Below, in pieces: positions 29,685-39,935 of a DNA stretch of 64,000 bases. The stretch is from Bdellovibrionales bacterium. Its GTDB lineage: Bacteria > Bdellovibrionota > Bdellovibrionia > Bdellovibrionales > UBA1609. The stretch is from the NCBI GenBank assembly GCA_965199825.1, contig OZ241329.1, positions 640,001-704,000 on the forward strand, read 5' to 3'. The first letter of the stretch is position 1, and the number at the start of each line of letters is the position of its first letter. Made by a program: the position numbers and the translations under genes. The notes beneath the pieces were generated by a model, which worked only from the letters and a program-made list of their open reading frames with translations, had not been told where the DNA came from and did no database searches.

Positions 29685-30477
29685 AAATTCTTTCTCCTAA
29701 TCCTAAAAAATGCACATTTTTCGGAAGTTCTAAACGTTTTTTATTGCTCATTTTTAATGGAAAGCTACATGCGATAATGGTCTGCACCCCTGGATCGACG
29801 GCTGCAAAAAATGAAGTTGAAGCAGCAAAAACCATATGACTGCCAATGCCTGCTCCGCCTCGACCCATGTTCATCATCTCGGCCATTCCGCGGTCATAAC
29901 AATCCCTGATGCGCTGAATGAATTCGGGTAAACTTAAAGATCCAAAAGGGTCGTGACAAAAAAGTACAAGCTGATTGTCCACAACACCAATTCCGATTTT
30001 TGCACTTAAGCCCTGAGGCATTTCGATCACATTGTCGTTACGCGATTGAACTTTAAGTTCTTTTGGCAAATGGGCAAAGGGTGCGTTGTAGACCGCATTG
30101 GTAAAAAGCTCGTCAAACACCAGATTGATTTGATCAAAAAGGGATGAGGAAATATTTAAGGTGTTAAGATAAGAGTTAAGCGCTTGGCTGACTATTTCTT
30201 TTTCTTTATGTTGAGAAAAATGAATTTTAAAATGACTTAAAGTCTCTTCTTGAACGGCACTGGCCTGATCTGCATTAAGAATGCTCGACAAAGGAAATTC
30301 AAAAAACCTTTGTGGTGATTCAAGCATCAGCTTTGCGGTTTTTTCATCTGAGTTAAAAAATGGATTTTCGGTTTGCAAGATATGATAAAATTCTTGCTTC
30401 AGGGCTAAACTTAAAATTGTGGCAGGCGCTATATTGTTGGCCTTAAACAATTTCATGTTGATCTCCGGTACTGACAA
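29662..30477 (-). CDS. Stand-alone HATPase-fold protein, anti-sigma/Ser-kinase-like
   Basis: DELFTNAVY (N box), DPFGSL (G1-like), GGAGIG (G2). Confidence 0.65.
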   Translation of the reverse strand: MSVPEINMKLFKANNIAPATILSLALKQEFYHILQTENPFFNSDEKTAKLMLESPQRFFEFPLSSILNADQASAVQEETLSHFKIHFSQHKEKEIVSQALNSYLNTLNISSSLFDQINLVFDELFTNAVYNAPFAHLPKELKVQSRNDNVIEMPQGLSAKIGIGVVDNQLVLFCHDPFGSLSLPEFIQRIRDCYDRGMAEMMNMGRGGAGIGSHMVFAASTSFFAAVDPGVQTIIACSFPLKMSNKKRLELPKNVHFLGLGERIYGNIRCK

Positions 30478-32273
30478 AGAACCAAAGTGATGTCGTCAAT
30501 GAGAGCGGCATCCCTACGGAATTCGGTAATCTGCTTTTTTAGATCGTTCATGCGGCCCACGGACTCTTCAGTTTTTGAGGCACAAGACATCAGACTTTTT
30601 AAGAAGGTGCGCTCGCCCCAAGTTTCACCTTTGGGATTTTTAAGATCGATTATTCCATCGGTGTACATCATGAGCGCATCACCGGGCTCCAATTGAAACT
30701 CGACATTTTTATAGGGCTCTTCCATTTTATCGCCTAGACGCACTCCGCGCCCCTCGATCAATGGGATCAGATGTTTTTTTGTGATCTTTTCGCCTTCAGG
30801 AGCACGCACAATAAATGGCGGATCATGACTCGCACTGGAGTACGTCATCATTCCGGTTTTTAAATCGATGCAACAAATAAAAAAGGTCATCAAGATTTTA
30901 CCTTTTGAAGTTTCACCGATCGCACGATTCATAATGTAGAGAGCCTTGGCCGGAGTCATCTCGGGAATCATTTCGATAATCGATGCAGCAGAACGAGCAG
31001 CACCCGTGATCAAAGCGGCAGGAGCACCATGTCCGGTGGCATCACCAATCCAACAATAAAGTTTTTGATCAATGATCGAATAATTCCACCAATCACCACC
31101 ACACTCGCTTGCTGGTTCAAAGTGGCCAATGATTTCAAAGTTCCCGATAATTTTGTGAGGCTCTGGAAAGAGTGTTTCTTGCACCATCCGAACGGTTTCA
31201 AGTTCAGAAGCCATCCGCGCTTTTTCGGCGGTTTCGGACATAAGGCGAGAGACCTCTTTTGCCATCAAATTAAAACTCTTAGCCAAGCCGCCAACTTCAT
31301 CATTTGAATTCGATTTTAAACGAATATCAAATTTTCCTTGGGCCACTTTTTGGGTCGCCTCAAAAAGTTGTCTCAACGCCGAAGTCAATTGCACCGAGGC
31401 AAACAAACTAATGATCACCGTGATTGCTAAAAGTGCGATAAAAAATAAAATAGATTTAGTAACCAGGATACTCACCGCACTGAGCGCTTGTTGCTTGTTC
31501 ATCAGCGCGCCGACCGTAAAATTGCCGATCGGTAGTTTTGAGTAGGACAGCAATAGTGTTTCGTTTTTACCAACGCTGACTTCGCCCGTTCCTTCAGGAG
31601 TGAGACCCGAAAGTGCGGAAGAAAAAATGATGGGCGAGGGTTGTCCTTGAAATAAATTTTCACGCACGTCGGCTGGAGGGCCCAAAACAATTTCGCCGCT
31701 AGGATCAATCAAAAATGATTTATAAAGGCCTGCTTCAGAAAATGATGAGGCGAGCTCAACACAGGTGTAAACAGAGACAAAGACCATTGGATCGGTTTCA
31801 TTGATTTTACGGGCATAAAGAAATTCGCCGTTGGAGTTTAAAAGCTTAAGAGCTGCACCGTTTTTAAATGCCTGAGCGACCACACCCATCTGATCTGGGG
31901 TGAGAGTCCCAAGCGGTTGGTCTTGATGATGCAATTGCCCAACAAATTTATAACCATTGGCCTCATCTGGCATGATGATAAAAAGATTCGAAACCTCTTT
32001 TTGTCGATTGAACAATTCAATCGCAACATTCGAGAATTCGCGTTTACTCAAATCAAAATTTTCTAAAATTGGTTGGATTCGTGTGACAGCACCTTCGAGT
32101 TGCAAACGAGTTTGCACCGCAAGCGAGCGCGAAACAGCAGCACTCGAATCAAACACGTAAGCGACCTTGTCTTTTTCAAAAAGCCTTGTTGCCATAACGA
32201 GGTAAAGGCCAAGACTAAAAAGTGGCAGGAGAGTGAGCAGCAATAAAAGTTTGGTTCGAATCGAGAGATTCAT
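30453..32273 (-). CDS. Membrane sensor with HAMP and SpoIIE/PP2C phosphatase domains
   Basis: Two TM segments, HAMP (DEVGGLAKSFN), ECGGDWW, IGDATGHG, YTDGI, DDITL. Confidence 0.9.
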   Translation of the reverse strand: MNLSIRTKLLLLLTLLPLFSLGLYLVMATRLFEKDKVAYVFDSSAAVSRSLAVQTRLQLEGAVTRIQPILENFDLSKREFSNVAIELFNRQKEVSNLFIIMPDEANGYKFVGQLHHQDQPLGTLTPDQMGVVAQAFKNGAALKLLNSNGEFLYARKINETDPMVFVSVYTCVELASSFSEAGLYKSFLIDPSGEIVLGPPADVRENLFQGQPSPIIFSSALSGLTPEGTGEVSVGKNETLLLSYSKLPIGNFTVGALMNKQQALSAVSILVTKSILFFIALLAITVIISLFASVQLTSALRQLFEATQKVAQGKFDIRLKSNSNDEVGGLAKSFNLMAKEVSRLMSETAEKARMASELETVRMVQETLFPEPHKIIGNFEIIGHFEPASECGGDWWNYSIIDQKLYCWIGDATGHGAPAALITGAARSAASIIEMIPEMTPAKALYIMNRAIGETSKGKILMTFFICCIDLKTGMMTYSSASHDPPFIVRAPEGEKITKKHLIPLIEGRGVRLGDKMEEPYKNVEFQLEPGDALMMYTDGIIDLKNPKGETWGERTFLKSLMSCASKTEESVGRMNDLKKQITEFRRDAALIDDITLVLCQYRRST

Positions 32274-32282
32274 ACTCTATGG

Positions 32283-32309
32283 ATATCGGCAAAAAAGCGT
32301 AAAGACTCA
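32283..32309 (-). promoter_or_regulatory. Putative sigma28 promoter for the PP2C signalling operon
   Basis: TGAG-N15-GCCGATAT, 9 nt before ATG 32273; strong -10, weak -35. Confidence 0.45.
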
Positions 32310-33422
32310 ACTAATTTGAATACGACCGGTCATCAGTATGTCATTGCCCACGAGCTCCCAGTGCACATGTTTTAGATTTAGACGACCCTCCATACTGGAC
32401 GTTGCAAACGTCTCAGTCCACGACGTAGTAGCCAAGCTCCCAAGTATCACTGGTCCAATAAATTGATAGAGTCGCGATGCCGATTTTTGATTTAAGAATT
32501 GTGACAATGTGTAAGCTCCACCCTCGACGAACATCGAGGTGATCCCTTTTTGATACAGAATTGATCTTAAACTCTCAAGATCCAAATCTTTTTTAAAAGG
32601 GCATTCAATCAGAGTTGCAAATTCAGATTCAAGATTTAAACCTTCGTTCACGATCACAATTACTTTTTTGGGGTCGTTTCTGAGTTGAACAACTCGGCTT
32701 TGTGCAAGACGGTCTAGAGTTTCACCACGCGGATCAAAAATCACCACCGTATTGGATTGATCGGCAAACGAAGTCCCGCGCAAATCCAATTGGGGGTCAT
32801 CATTCAAAAAAGTTTTTTTACCCACCCCTACCGCTTGGTAAAGAGCGCGCAATTCTCGCGATTTTCGACGTGCCGGCTCGCCCGTGATCCATTGACTTTC
32901 ACCATTTTGAAATCCAATTTTACCATCAAGACTTGTTGCAATTTTGAGAGCAATAAAAGTTTTTTTCTGGCGCATATTACAAAGAAAAATCTCGCACAGA
33001 TCCTCAAGTTCGGTTTTAAGATCATCAAATTCTATTGCACTTTTGCCCACCGCTTTGAGGATCTCGGCTCCCTTGCCCTGCACAAGTGGGTTTGGATCGC
33101 GCAATCCATAAACCACTCCGGCAATGGGAAGCTCACTCAAAGTTTTTGCACAGGACGGGGTACGCCCCACATGGGCGCAGGGCTCGAGTGTTACAAAAAA
33201 TCGGGCCCGCTCAAGTTGCTTCGGATCTTTTACATTTTTGAGTGCCACAATTTCGGCATGATCCTGACCCGCTTTGGAATGGTATCCTGAGGCGACAAAC
33301 CGATTTTGGCGATCAAGGATCACGCAGCCCACCGGTGGGTTGGGTGAGACAGTGGTTAAGCCTTTTTTGGCTTCACCAATTGCTAATGTCATCGCTTCGA
33401 GATCTGAAAATATTTCTTCCAC
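32307..33422 (-). CDS. ribD: Bifunctional riboflavin biosynthesis deaminase/reductase
   Basis: PNPPVGCVI, HAE, TLEPC.H.GRTP.C, SLDGKI, WITG, VEGG. Start uncertain; GTG 33422 chosen. Confidence 0.93.
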   Translation of the reverse strand: MEEIFSDLEAMTLAIGEAKKGLTTVSPNPPVGCVILDRQNRFVASGYHSKAGQDHAEIVALKNVKDPKQLERARFFVTLEPCAHVGRTPSCAKTLSELPIAGVVYGLRDPNPLVQGKGAEILKAVGKSAIEFDDLKTELEDLCEIFLCNMRQKKTFIALKIATSLDGKIGFQNGESQWITGEPARRKSRELRALYQAVGVGKKTFLNDDPQLDLRGTSFADQSNTVVIFDPRGETLDRLAQSRVVQLRNDPKKVIVIVNEGLNLESEFATLIECPFKKDLDLESLRSILYQKGITSMFVEGGAYTLSQFLNQKSASRLYQFIGPVILGSLATTSWTETFATSSMEGRLNLKHVHWELVGNDILMTGRIQIS

Positions 33423-33489
33423 GCTGTACCAAACAAAACACGAAAGCTTGAGAGTGACAAGGGCGTCAAACCTCTTTAACATTCGAATG

Positions 33490-33846
33490 ATGACTGAATT
33501 TAAAGATAAAACAAAAAATGAAGATTGCAGTGGCGTATTTGATATCACCTGCGCCGAACTTAAAAATCAAAAAGACGATGTTTGTATGATCGACGTCAGA
33601 TCAGAACAAGAATACGTGGGTGAGCTTGGGCATATCAAGGGCACTCAATTGATGGTGCTCGACACGTTGCCGTCACAGCTCTCACAACTTCCAACAGATA
33701 AAGCAATTGTGTTTGTCTGCCGCAGTGGTGGCCGCTCAGCGCGTGCCGCACAGTTTGCTCAATCGCAAGGATTTGAAAATGTCTACAACATGAAGGGTGG
33801 CATGCTTGCCTGGAATGAGCAAAACCTTCCGGTTGAGCGCTCATGA
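33490..33846 (+). CDS. Single-domain rhodanese
   Basis: IDVR..EY..GHI.G, VCRSGGRS, GGMLAW. Start reassigned to the ATG at 33487/33490. Confidence 0.88.
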   Translation: MTEFKDKTKNEDCSGVFDITCAELKNQKDDVCMIDVRSEQEYVGELGHIKGTQLMVLDTLPSQLSQLPTDKAIVFVCRSGGRSARAAQFAQSQGFENVYNMKGGMLAWNEQNLPVERS

Positions 33847-35225
33847 CCGGCCCCGTTTTTGTTAACCGCACTCTCAATTTAAAAAAGATAAACTATATCG
33901 GTTTAGATATGGATCACACCCTGGTTAGGTACAATAGCCATAATTTTGAAGCATTGGCCCACAAGATTATGCTTAAAAAATTGGTGAGCGATTTGAATTA
34001 TCCTGAAGCGATCTCGAATCTTAAATTTGAATACGACCGTGCGATTCGTGGACTGGTTATCGATAAGACATTGGGAAATGTTTTAAAACTCAATCGCTTT
34101 GCAGCCATCCGAGTGAGCTACCATGGGCTTAAAGCGATCGATTACCGTGTTCAAAGAAAGCTTTATAACAGTCGATATATTGATTTAGGCGATTCAAAAT
34201 TTGATACGGTCGACACCACATTTTCGATCGCCTTTGCAGGGCTTTTTGCTCAATTGGTAGATCTCAAAGATCATCATGGACAAACCGAGCTTCCCTCTTA
34301 TGACCGCATCGCCGCAGATCTTGCGTTTGTTTTAGATAAAGCCCATCGCGATGGCAGTCTCAAAAACGAGGTCGCCCACAATCTTGAGCAATTTATTGTT
34401 AAAGAAAAGGACATGGTCGAGGGGCTTGAGCGCTATAAAAAGCATGGTAAAAAAATCTTTATTTTGACCAACTCGGATTTTTTCTACTCAAAACTTTTAC
34501 TCGATTACGCCATTACTCCATTTTTAAAAGAGCACGAATCCTGGCAAGATCTTTTTGAGTTTGTAATCACCTCGGCTCAAAAGCCGCGATTCTTTTTTGA
34601 TAAAATCAAATTCTTAAAAATCAATCCCGCCGATGGCAGCATGACCAATCAAGAACTACCTATAACAAAAGGTGTTTATCAGGGTGGGTGTGCCTCGATC
34701 TTTACCGATGATCTTGGGGTCAATCCTGACGAGATTTTGTATATTGGCGATCATATGTATGGTGATATCGTTCGGCTCAAAAAGGATTGTGCTTGGCGGA
34801 CGGCCTTGGTGGTCGAAGAACTTCAAGACGAAGTGGAGCAGCTTAAAGTCGCTGCTCCTTCGACCTCACAAATCAATGAGTTGATGGCCAAAAAAATTCC
34901 ACTTGAAATCAAAGTCGATGATCTCATTTCAAAAAAGATCGAGACCGGCAAAGACACTCATCAAGAAGACATCGCCCAAATGCTCCAAGCAATTAGCGAA
35001 ATCGATAAAAAGATTTCTACCCTTATCTTATCCCAACAAAAATTATTTAATCCACATTGGGGCGAAGTGATGCGGGTTGGAAACGAAGAGAGCTTTTTGG
35101 CGTATCAGATCGAGCGCTATGCTTGCATTTATATGTCGAAGCTTGCCGATCTTACCGCACTTTCACCAAGAACTTATTTTCGCTCGTTTAGACGTCCACT
35201 CGCCCACGAGTTCGGCTCACTGTAA
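33843..35225 (+). CDS. HAD-IG (cN-II-like) 5'-nucleotidase
   Basis: VFVNR.L.L, GLDMDHTL, LTNS, KPRFF, YIGDHMYGD, RYACIY. Confidence 0.9.
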   Translation: MTGPVFVNRTLNLKKINYIGLDMDHTLVRYNSHNFEALAHKIMLKKLVSDLNYPEAISNLKFEYDRAIRGLVIDKTLGNVLKLNRFAAIRVSYHGLKAIDYRVQRKLYNSRYIDLGDSKFDTVDTTFSIAFAGLFAQLVDLKDHHGQTELPSYDRIAADLAFVLDKAHRDGSLKNEVAHNLEQFIVKEKDMVEGLERYKKHGKKIFILTNSDFFYSKLLLDYAITPFLKEHESWQDLFEFVITSAQKPRFFFDKIKFLKINPADGSMTNQELPITKGVYQGGCASIFTDDLGVNPDEILYIGDHMYGDIVRLKKDCAWRTALVVEELQDEVEQLKVAAPSTSQINELMAKKIPLEIKVDDLISKKIETGKDTHQEDIAQMLQAISEIDKKISTLILSQQKLFNPHWGEVMRVGNEESFLAYQIERYACIYMSKLADLTALSPRTYFRSFRRPLAHEFGSL

Positions 35226-35750
35226 AAATAAGACGTAGGCGCGCTTACCAAATTGGCTGAGCGCCATCCACTGCCCGCTTGATTTATAAGTCTTGCGGTA
35301 TTTGGGCCCGAGCAAAGACAGTGGTGCGCATTTTAAAAAGTCAGGATGTTCGGGATCAAAACGAAGTTCGCATTGATCTTTGGGTTGCTCCACTGCGGCT
35401 TCAAAAATGGTAATCGATTGATCGGTATTTTTATTTTTACCTATCAAGATCGATTTTTTACCTCGTTGAAGTTGGACTTGTGCCTCTTCGGCATCTTTAG
35501 CAATGGTAAAGTCGCTAAGCGATTCGGCTAATCCATCCACCACCGCTTTTTGAGGAATATCCAGAATAATTGTGGTGATTTTTTCGAGCTCTGGTTTTAA
35601 CGACCGGCTAATCAGTCGCCCCACCTGCTCCTGACTTTCGTAATGACTGAGGTCTATAATTGGAATCGCTTTTGGAAGTAAAGCAAAACGCAAAACTAGA
35701 CCAATACTAAAAATTACTACGCTTACCATAACTGCAATCAGAAGTTTCAT
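35217..35750 (-). CDS. Hypothetical membrane-anchored protein
   Basis: 177-aa ORF with an N-terminal TM helix. Confidence 0.6.
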   Translation of the reverse strand: MKLLIAVMVSVVIFSIGLVLRFALLPKAIPIIDLSHYESQEQVGRLISRSLKPELEKITTIILDIPQKAVVDGLAESLSDFTIAKDAEEAQVQLQRGKKSILIGKNKNTDQSITIFEAAVEQPKDQCELRFDPEHPDFLKCAPLSLLGPKYRKTYKSSGQWMALSQFGKRAYVLFLQ

Positions 35751-35826
35751 AGGGCTGGAATAACAAGGAACCAGTTGAAATTCTATGCTGAAATGCTAAA
35801 CATCTTTTAATGAAAGGACTTGATCC

Positions 35827-36525
35827 ATGGGACAGGTACCTCGCAAAATTCTCTTTATTGGTCGCGGTCGTGTTTCGCGCCATTTCCAGCATTATTTCGA
35901 TTTGCTTGGAAAACCTTATGCCGTCTGGCATCGCGAGCAATCGATTGCTGAGCTCAAAAGATTATGTGGTGAAGTCGATCGAGTAGCACTGCTGATTCGC
36001 GATGATGCCATCGAAAGTTTTTACCAACAGCATCTTGATATATTAAAACACAAAATCACTTTTCACTGTTCTGGAAGTCTTGCTCTTGATCAGCTTTCAA
36101 GTGCTCATCCACTGATGGCATTTGCCCATCGAAATTTAAGTCTGGCAACCTATCAAACTATTACTTTCGTGACCGAATCAAATAAAAAAAGTTTGTCTGA
36201 ACTCTTGCCCGAATTGAGCAATCCAAATTTTAGTATCCCATCAAGCGTAAAACCTTTTTATCATGCTCTTTGCGTTTGTGCCGGCAACCTCCCGCTCTTA
36301 ATTCAGCGGACTGCTTTAAAAGAATTTGGCCTGATCGGAATTCCTAAGGAAGCTTTAAGTCTTTATCTCAAAGAAAATTTGCAAAATTTGTTGCAAGATC
36401 CCGAGACCGCTTTAACAGGACCCATTGTCCGCGGTGACCAAACAACCATCGAGCGAAATCTAAAAGCCCTCGATGGCCACTCATTAAAAAATATTTATTT
36501 ACAATTTTTAGAGGAGCGTCCATGA
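35827..36525 (+). CDS. Rossmann-like/DUF2520 protein, probable PanG-type ketopantoate reductase
   Basis: IGRGRV, DDAI, HCSG, HPL, YHA, LTGPIVRGD; first gene of the pan operon. Confidence 0.75.
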   Translation: MGQVPRKILFIGRGRVSRHFQHYFDLLGKPYAVWHREQSIAELKRLCGEVDRVALLIRDDAIESFYQQHLDILKHKITFHCSGSLALDQLSSAHPLMAFAHRNLSLATYQTITFVTESNKKSLSELLPELSNPNFSIPSSVKPFYHALCVCAGNLPLLIQRTALKEFGLIGIPKEALSLYLKENLQNLLQDPETALTGPIVRGDQTTIERNLKALDGHSLKNIYLQFLEERP

Positions 36526-37307
36526 ACGTTTTAGATTTTCAAAAATATAAATCAGAAAAAAAGAAAATCAGTATGGTCACCTGTTACGATTATTGGTCGG
36601 CCAATTTGTTGTCTGAAACAAAAATCGATTGCGTACTTGTCGGCGATAGTCTGGCAATGGTGATGCATGGATTTACCAGCACTCTGAATGCAACCACCGA
36701 TTTGATGGCGTATCATGTGGCCGCAGTTCGACGTGGAATTGGCAAAAAATTTTTGGTGGGTGATATGCCTTTTTTATCTTACCGAAAAGACCTCACCTCC
36801 AATATGGATCAAGTCGAAAAAATCATGCACGCTGGGGCTGAGGCCATTAAAATTGAGGGAAGTCTTGGCAATATCGAGCTTGTGACCCACTGTGTGCAAT
36901 CGGGTGTTCCGGTGATGGGTCATTTGGGTCTTACTCCGCAATCGATTCATTCTTTTGGTGGATTTAGAGTTCAAGGGCGCGGCGAAAATGGCAAAGCGGT
37001 TCTTGATCAAGCCCTCAAACTTCAAGATGCAGGAGCCTTCGCGGTGGTCTTGGAATGTGTTCCTTGGCCAATTGCTAAAGAGATTTCGGAAACCTTGAGT
37101 ATTCCAACCATTGGGATTGGCGGCGGCATTCATTGCGACGGACAAGTTTTGGTTCTCCAAGATATGCTTGGGATGAACACCCACTTTAAACCAAAATTTT
37201 TGCGCACCTATCTTGATGGTGCAAGTTTGATTCGCGATGCCATTGATCGCTACGATCACGAGGTCAAAGAACAAACTTTTCCTGGCCCCAAAGAGAGCTA
37301 TGAATGA
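36522..37307 (+). CDS. panB: 3-methyl-2-oxobutanoate hydroxymethyltransferase
   Basis: LVGDSL, DMPFLSY, KIEG, GHLGLTPQ, GFRVQG, DGQVLV. Confidence 0.97.
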   Translation: MNVLDFQKYKSEKKKISMVTCYDYWSANLLSETKIDCVLVGDSLAMVMHGFTSTLNATTDLMAYHVAAVRRGIGKKFLVGDMPFLSYRKDLTSNMDQVEKIMHAGAEAIKIEGSLGNIELVTHCVQSGVPVMGHLGLTPQSIHSFGGFRVQGRGENGKAVLDQALKLQDAGAFAVVLECVPWPIAKEISETLSIPTIGIGGGIHCDGQVLVLQDMLGMNTHFKPKFLRTYLDGASLIRDAIDRYDHEVKEQTFPGPKESYE

Positions 37308-38062
37308 CCGTTTTTAATTCGGTCAAAGAATTTCGCGAATACCGCTACACCCATTTTCAAAAATCGTTTGGGTTTGTTCCAACGATGGGGGCGCTTCATC
37401 AGGGTCATTTGAGTTTGATTGAACAAAGCAAATCACAAAATGCTTTGTGCGTGGCGAGCATTTTTTTAAATCCTACTCAATTTGATAATGCCAAGGATCT
37501 TGAAAAATATCCGTCTTCGCTTGAACGAGATCTTGAACAACTCAAAACTGCCGGCTGCGATGCGGTGTTTGTTCCTGACACAAAAGAGATTTACAAAGAT
37601 GATTTCCGCTACCGCCTTTCTGAAAATGCCAGTAGCCGAATTTTATGTGGCGCACATCGTGAAGGTCATTTTGAGGGAGTTTTAACAGTCGTACTTAAAT
37701 TGTTTAATATCATACAACCCACGAAGGCCTACTTTGGCGAAAAAGATTTTCAGCAATTACGATTAATTCAAGGGATGGCGGAGGCTTTATTTTTGCCCAT
37801 CGAGGTTATCGGATGCCCGATCGTTCGCGAAGCTGATGGTTTGGCAATGAGTTCTCGCAACGTGCGCCTCACTCCAGAGGATCGAAAGATCGCACCTTTG
37901 TTTTATAAAACATTGAATCGTCATTTGCCTTTGCATGAGATTCGCTCTTCGCTCAAAACCATGGGTTTTGATGTGGATTATGTCGAAGAGCATTGGGGAC
38001 GAAGGCTTGCTGCGGTCAAGCTTGGAGAAATTCGTTTGATCGACAATGTGGGTGTGCCGTGA
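37304..38062 (+). CDS. panC: Pantoate--beta-alanine ligase
   Basis: VPTMGALHQGH, NPTQF, HFEGV, FGEKDFQQ, GLAMSSRN, RLIDN. Confidence 0.97.
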   Translation: MTVFNSVKEFREYRYTHFQKSFGFVPTMGALHQGHLSLIEQSKSQNALCVASIFLNPTQFDNAKDLEKYPSSLERDLEQLKTAGCDAVFVPDTKEIYKDDFRYRLSENASSRILCGAHREGHFEGVLTVVLKLFNIIQPTKAYFGEKDFQQLRLIQGMAEALFLPIEVIGCPIVREADGLAMSSRNVRLTPEDRKIAPLFYKTLNRHLPLHEIRSSLKTMGFDVDYVEEHWGRRLAAVKLGEIRLIDNVGVP

Positions 38063-39168
38063 AAATCCTTTTTCAAATGACTGGGTCCATCGCGGCCTTT
38101 AAAGCCTGCCAAGCGATTTCTAATTTAAAAAAAGCGAGCCACACTGTGCAGGTTGTGGCTACTCCCTCAACCCTTAATTTCGTGGGTCGTTCCACTCTCG
38201 AGGGTTTGACTGGGCTTCCGTTATTGATGGATTTGTATGAGGCCGGACATGCGATGGATCATATTCATCTGAGCCGTGAGTACGATGTTTTGGTTTTATG
38301 CCCAGCTACGGCCAATACCATTAATCGACTGGCTGCGGGTCTTGCTGATGATTTGATCGGCGCCCTTTTTTTGGCGCGCCCTCAAGACAAGCCCTATCTT
38401 ATTTTTCCGGCAATGAATGTGGAGATGTATCAAAATCCGATCATCCAAAAAAATCTTAAATTTCTTGAAAGTTTAGGTGTGCAGCATGTCTCGGCTCCCG
38501 CTGGACCTCTCGCTTGTGGCGAATACGGTGTGGGGCGACTTCTTGAAGCCGATGATATTGTTGAAATGATCATTAAAACCGGTCCCACCACTCAACGCGT
38601 TTTAGTTACTTATGGCGGCACCTCTGAACCGATTGATGATGTGCGATCGATAACCAACCGAAGCAGTGGAAACACTGGTGCCCAAATCGCAAATGAATTT
38701 TTTAATAGCGGATGGCACACCACCGTATTTTGTTCTGACCGTGCGGTTAAAAGTTTTGCCCATGTTCGCCGTATTTTTGATACGGCCAAAGAGCTCGAGC
38801 AGCTTCTTGAAGAGAGCGGCAACTATGATGCAATCATTCATCTTGCAGCCGTGAGCGATTACACTCTTGAGCGCAAGCCCGGAAAGATCAGTTCAAGCAA
38901 TAAAACGCTTCAGCTTGAGCTTGTTTCAACACCTAAACTGGTCAATGCGATCAAGCACAACTTTCCGCAAGCCAAATTGGTCGCCTTTAAGCTCACCTCC
39001 GGCTCAGATGGCGATCAGGCTGCGCGCGAGCTGATGAAGCATTCTAACGCCGATTTTGTGGTCCAGAATGACATCAAAAATTTATCAATAAAAACTATTT
39101 ATGATAAAAATGGTCATAAGAAGATCGGGTCGAACCTAGCAAAAGAGCTAAAGGATTTACTCTTATGA
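38059..39168 (+). CDS. coaBC: Bifunctional phosphopantothenoylcysteine decarboxylase/ligase
   Basis: [52 protein letters not shown] overlap with panC. Confidence 0.92.
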   Translation: MKILFQMTGSIAAFKACQAISNLKKASHTVQVVATPSTLNFVGRSTLEGLTGLPLLMDLYEAGHAMDHIHLSREYDVLVLCPATANTINRLAAGLADDLIGALFLARPQDKPYLIFPAMNVEMYQNPIIQKNLKFLESLGVQHVSAPAGPLACGEYGVGRLLEADDIVEMIIKTGPTTQRVLVTYGGTSEPIDDVRSITNRSSGNTGAQIANEFFNSGWHTTVFCSDRAVKSFAHVRRIFDTAKELEQLLEESGNYDAIIHLAAVSDYTLERKPGKISSSNKTLQLELVSTPKLVNAIKHNFPQAKLVAFKLTSGSDGDQAARELMKHSNADFVVQNDIKNLSIKTIYDKNGHKKIGSNLAKELKDLLL

Positions 39169-39935
39169 TTTTATGTTTAGATGTGGGCAACAGCCAGATT
39201 TACGGCGGCTTGTTTGATCAGGGAAAACTCAAATTTAGTTTTCGCCAAAATTCGCGCTCAGGGGCCTCATCCGACGAATATGGTTTATTCTTGAGGGCAG
39301 TTTTGCGCGAGAACAATTATGACCCCAACACGGTTCAACACATTGCTCTTTGCACCGTTGTGCCCGAGGTTTTGCACTCGGTTCGCAATTGCTGCATCAA
39401 ATATTTTAATCGTAATCCATTTGTTCTTCAAGCCGGAGTCAAAACCGGATTAAAAATCAAATATCGTAATCCTTTAGAAGTGGGAGCCGACCGCATTGCC
39501 GATTCGCTCGGGGCCTGCACCCATTATCCTAACCAAAATATTGTGGTGGTCGATTTTGGAACAGCAACAACACTCAGTGCAACAAGTGCTTCACGAGAAT
39601 TTTTGGGAGGTGCAATATTGGCAGGGGTTCGGATCTCGATGCAGGCACTTGAAACAAAAACCTCGCGACTTCCCTCGGTTGAGATTGTCCAAAAAGGCGA
39701 AGCCCTTGGCCGCTCTACGGTTGAGAGCATCCAGTCTGGATTATTTTTTGGTACCATCGGTGCGGTCAAAGAGTTGGTGAGTCGAATTTCTGATGAGGTA
39801 TTTGAAGGTCAACGCCCGCGAGTGATTGGCACAGGCGGATTTGCTTCTCTCTTTAAAGACGCGAAACTTTATGATGAGGAAATGCCCGATCTGGTTTTAG
39901 AGGGGCTTCATCGCGCGTTTCTTTTGAATCATTAG
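39165..39935 (+). CDS. coaX: Type III pantothenate kinase
   Basis: [28 protein letters not shown]. Confidence 0.95.
   Translation: MILCLDVGNSQIYGGLFDQGKLKFSFRQNSRSGASSDEYGLFLRAVLRENNYDPNTVQHIALCTVVPEVLHSVRNCCIKYFNRNPFVLQAGVKTGLKIKYRNPLEVGADRIADSLGACTHYPNQNIVVVDFGTATTLSATSASREFLGGAILAGVRISMQALETKTSRLPSVEIVQKGEALGRSTVESIQSGLFFGTIGAVKELVSRISDEVFEGQRPRVIGTGGFASLFKDAKLYDEEMPDLVLEGLHRAFLLNH

Noticed and set aside
9709..38058. Long N-terminal extensions in the ORF track for the DHS-like gene, xth, ahpC, SelO-like gene, rfaD, ribD, rhodanese and coaBC
   Set aside because: Most overlap neighbouring genes. Downstream starts match the family N-termini and RBS or promoter positions.
39853..39935. 83-nt convergent overlap between coaX and the hypothetical gene
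   Set aside because: Convergent overlaps are common in this compact window. It may be stop-codon drift or an indel, with no evidence of function.
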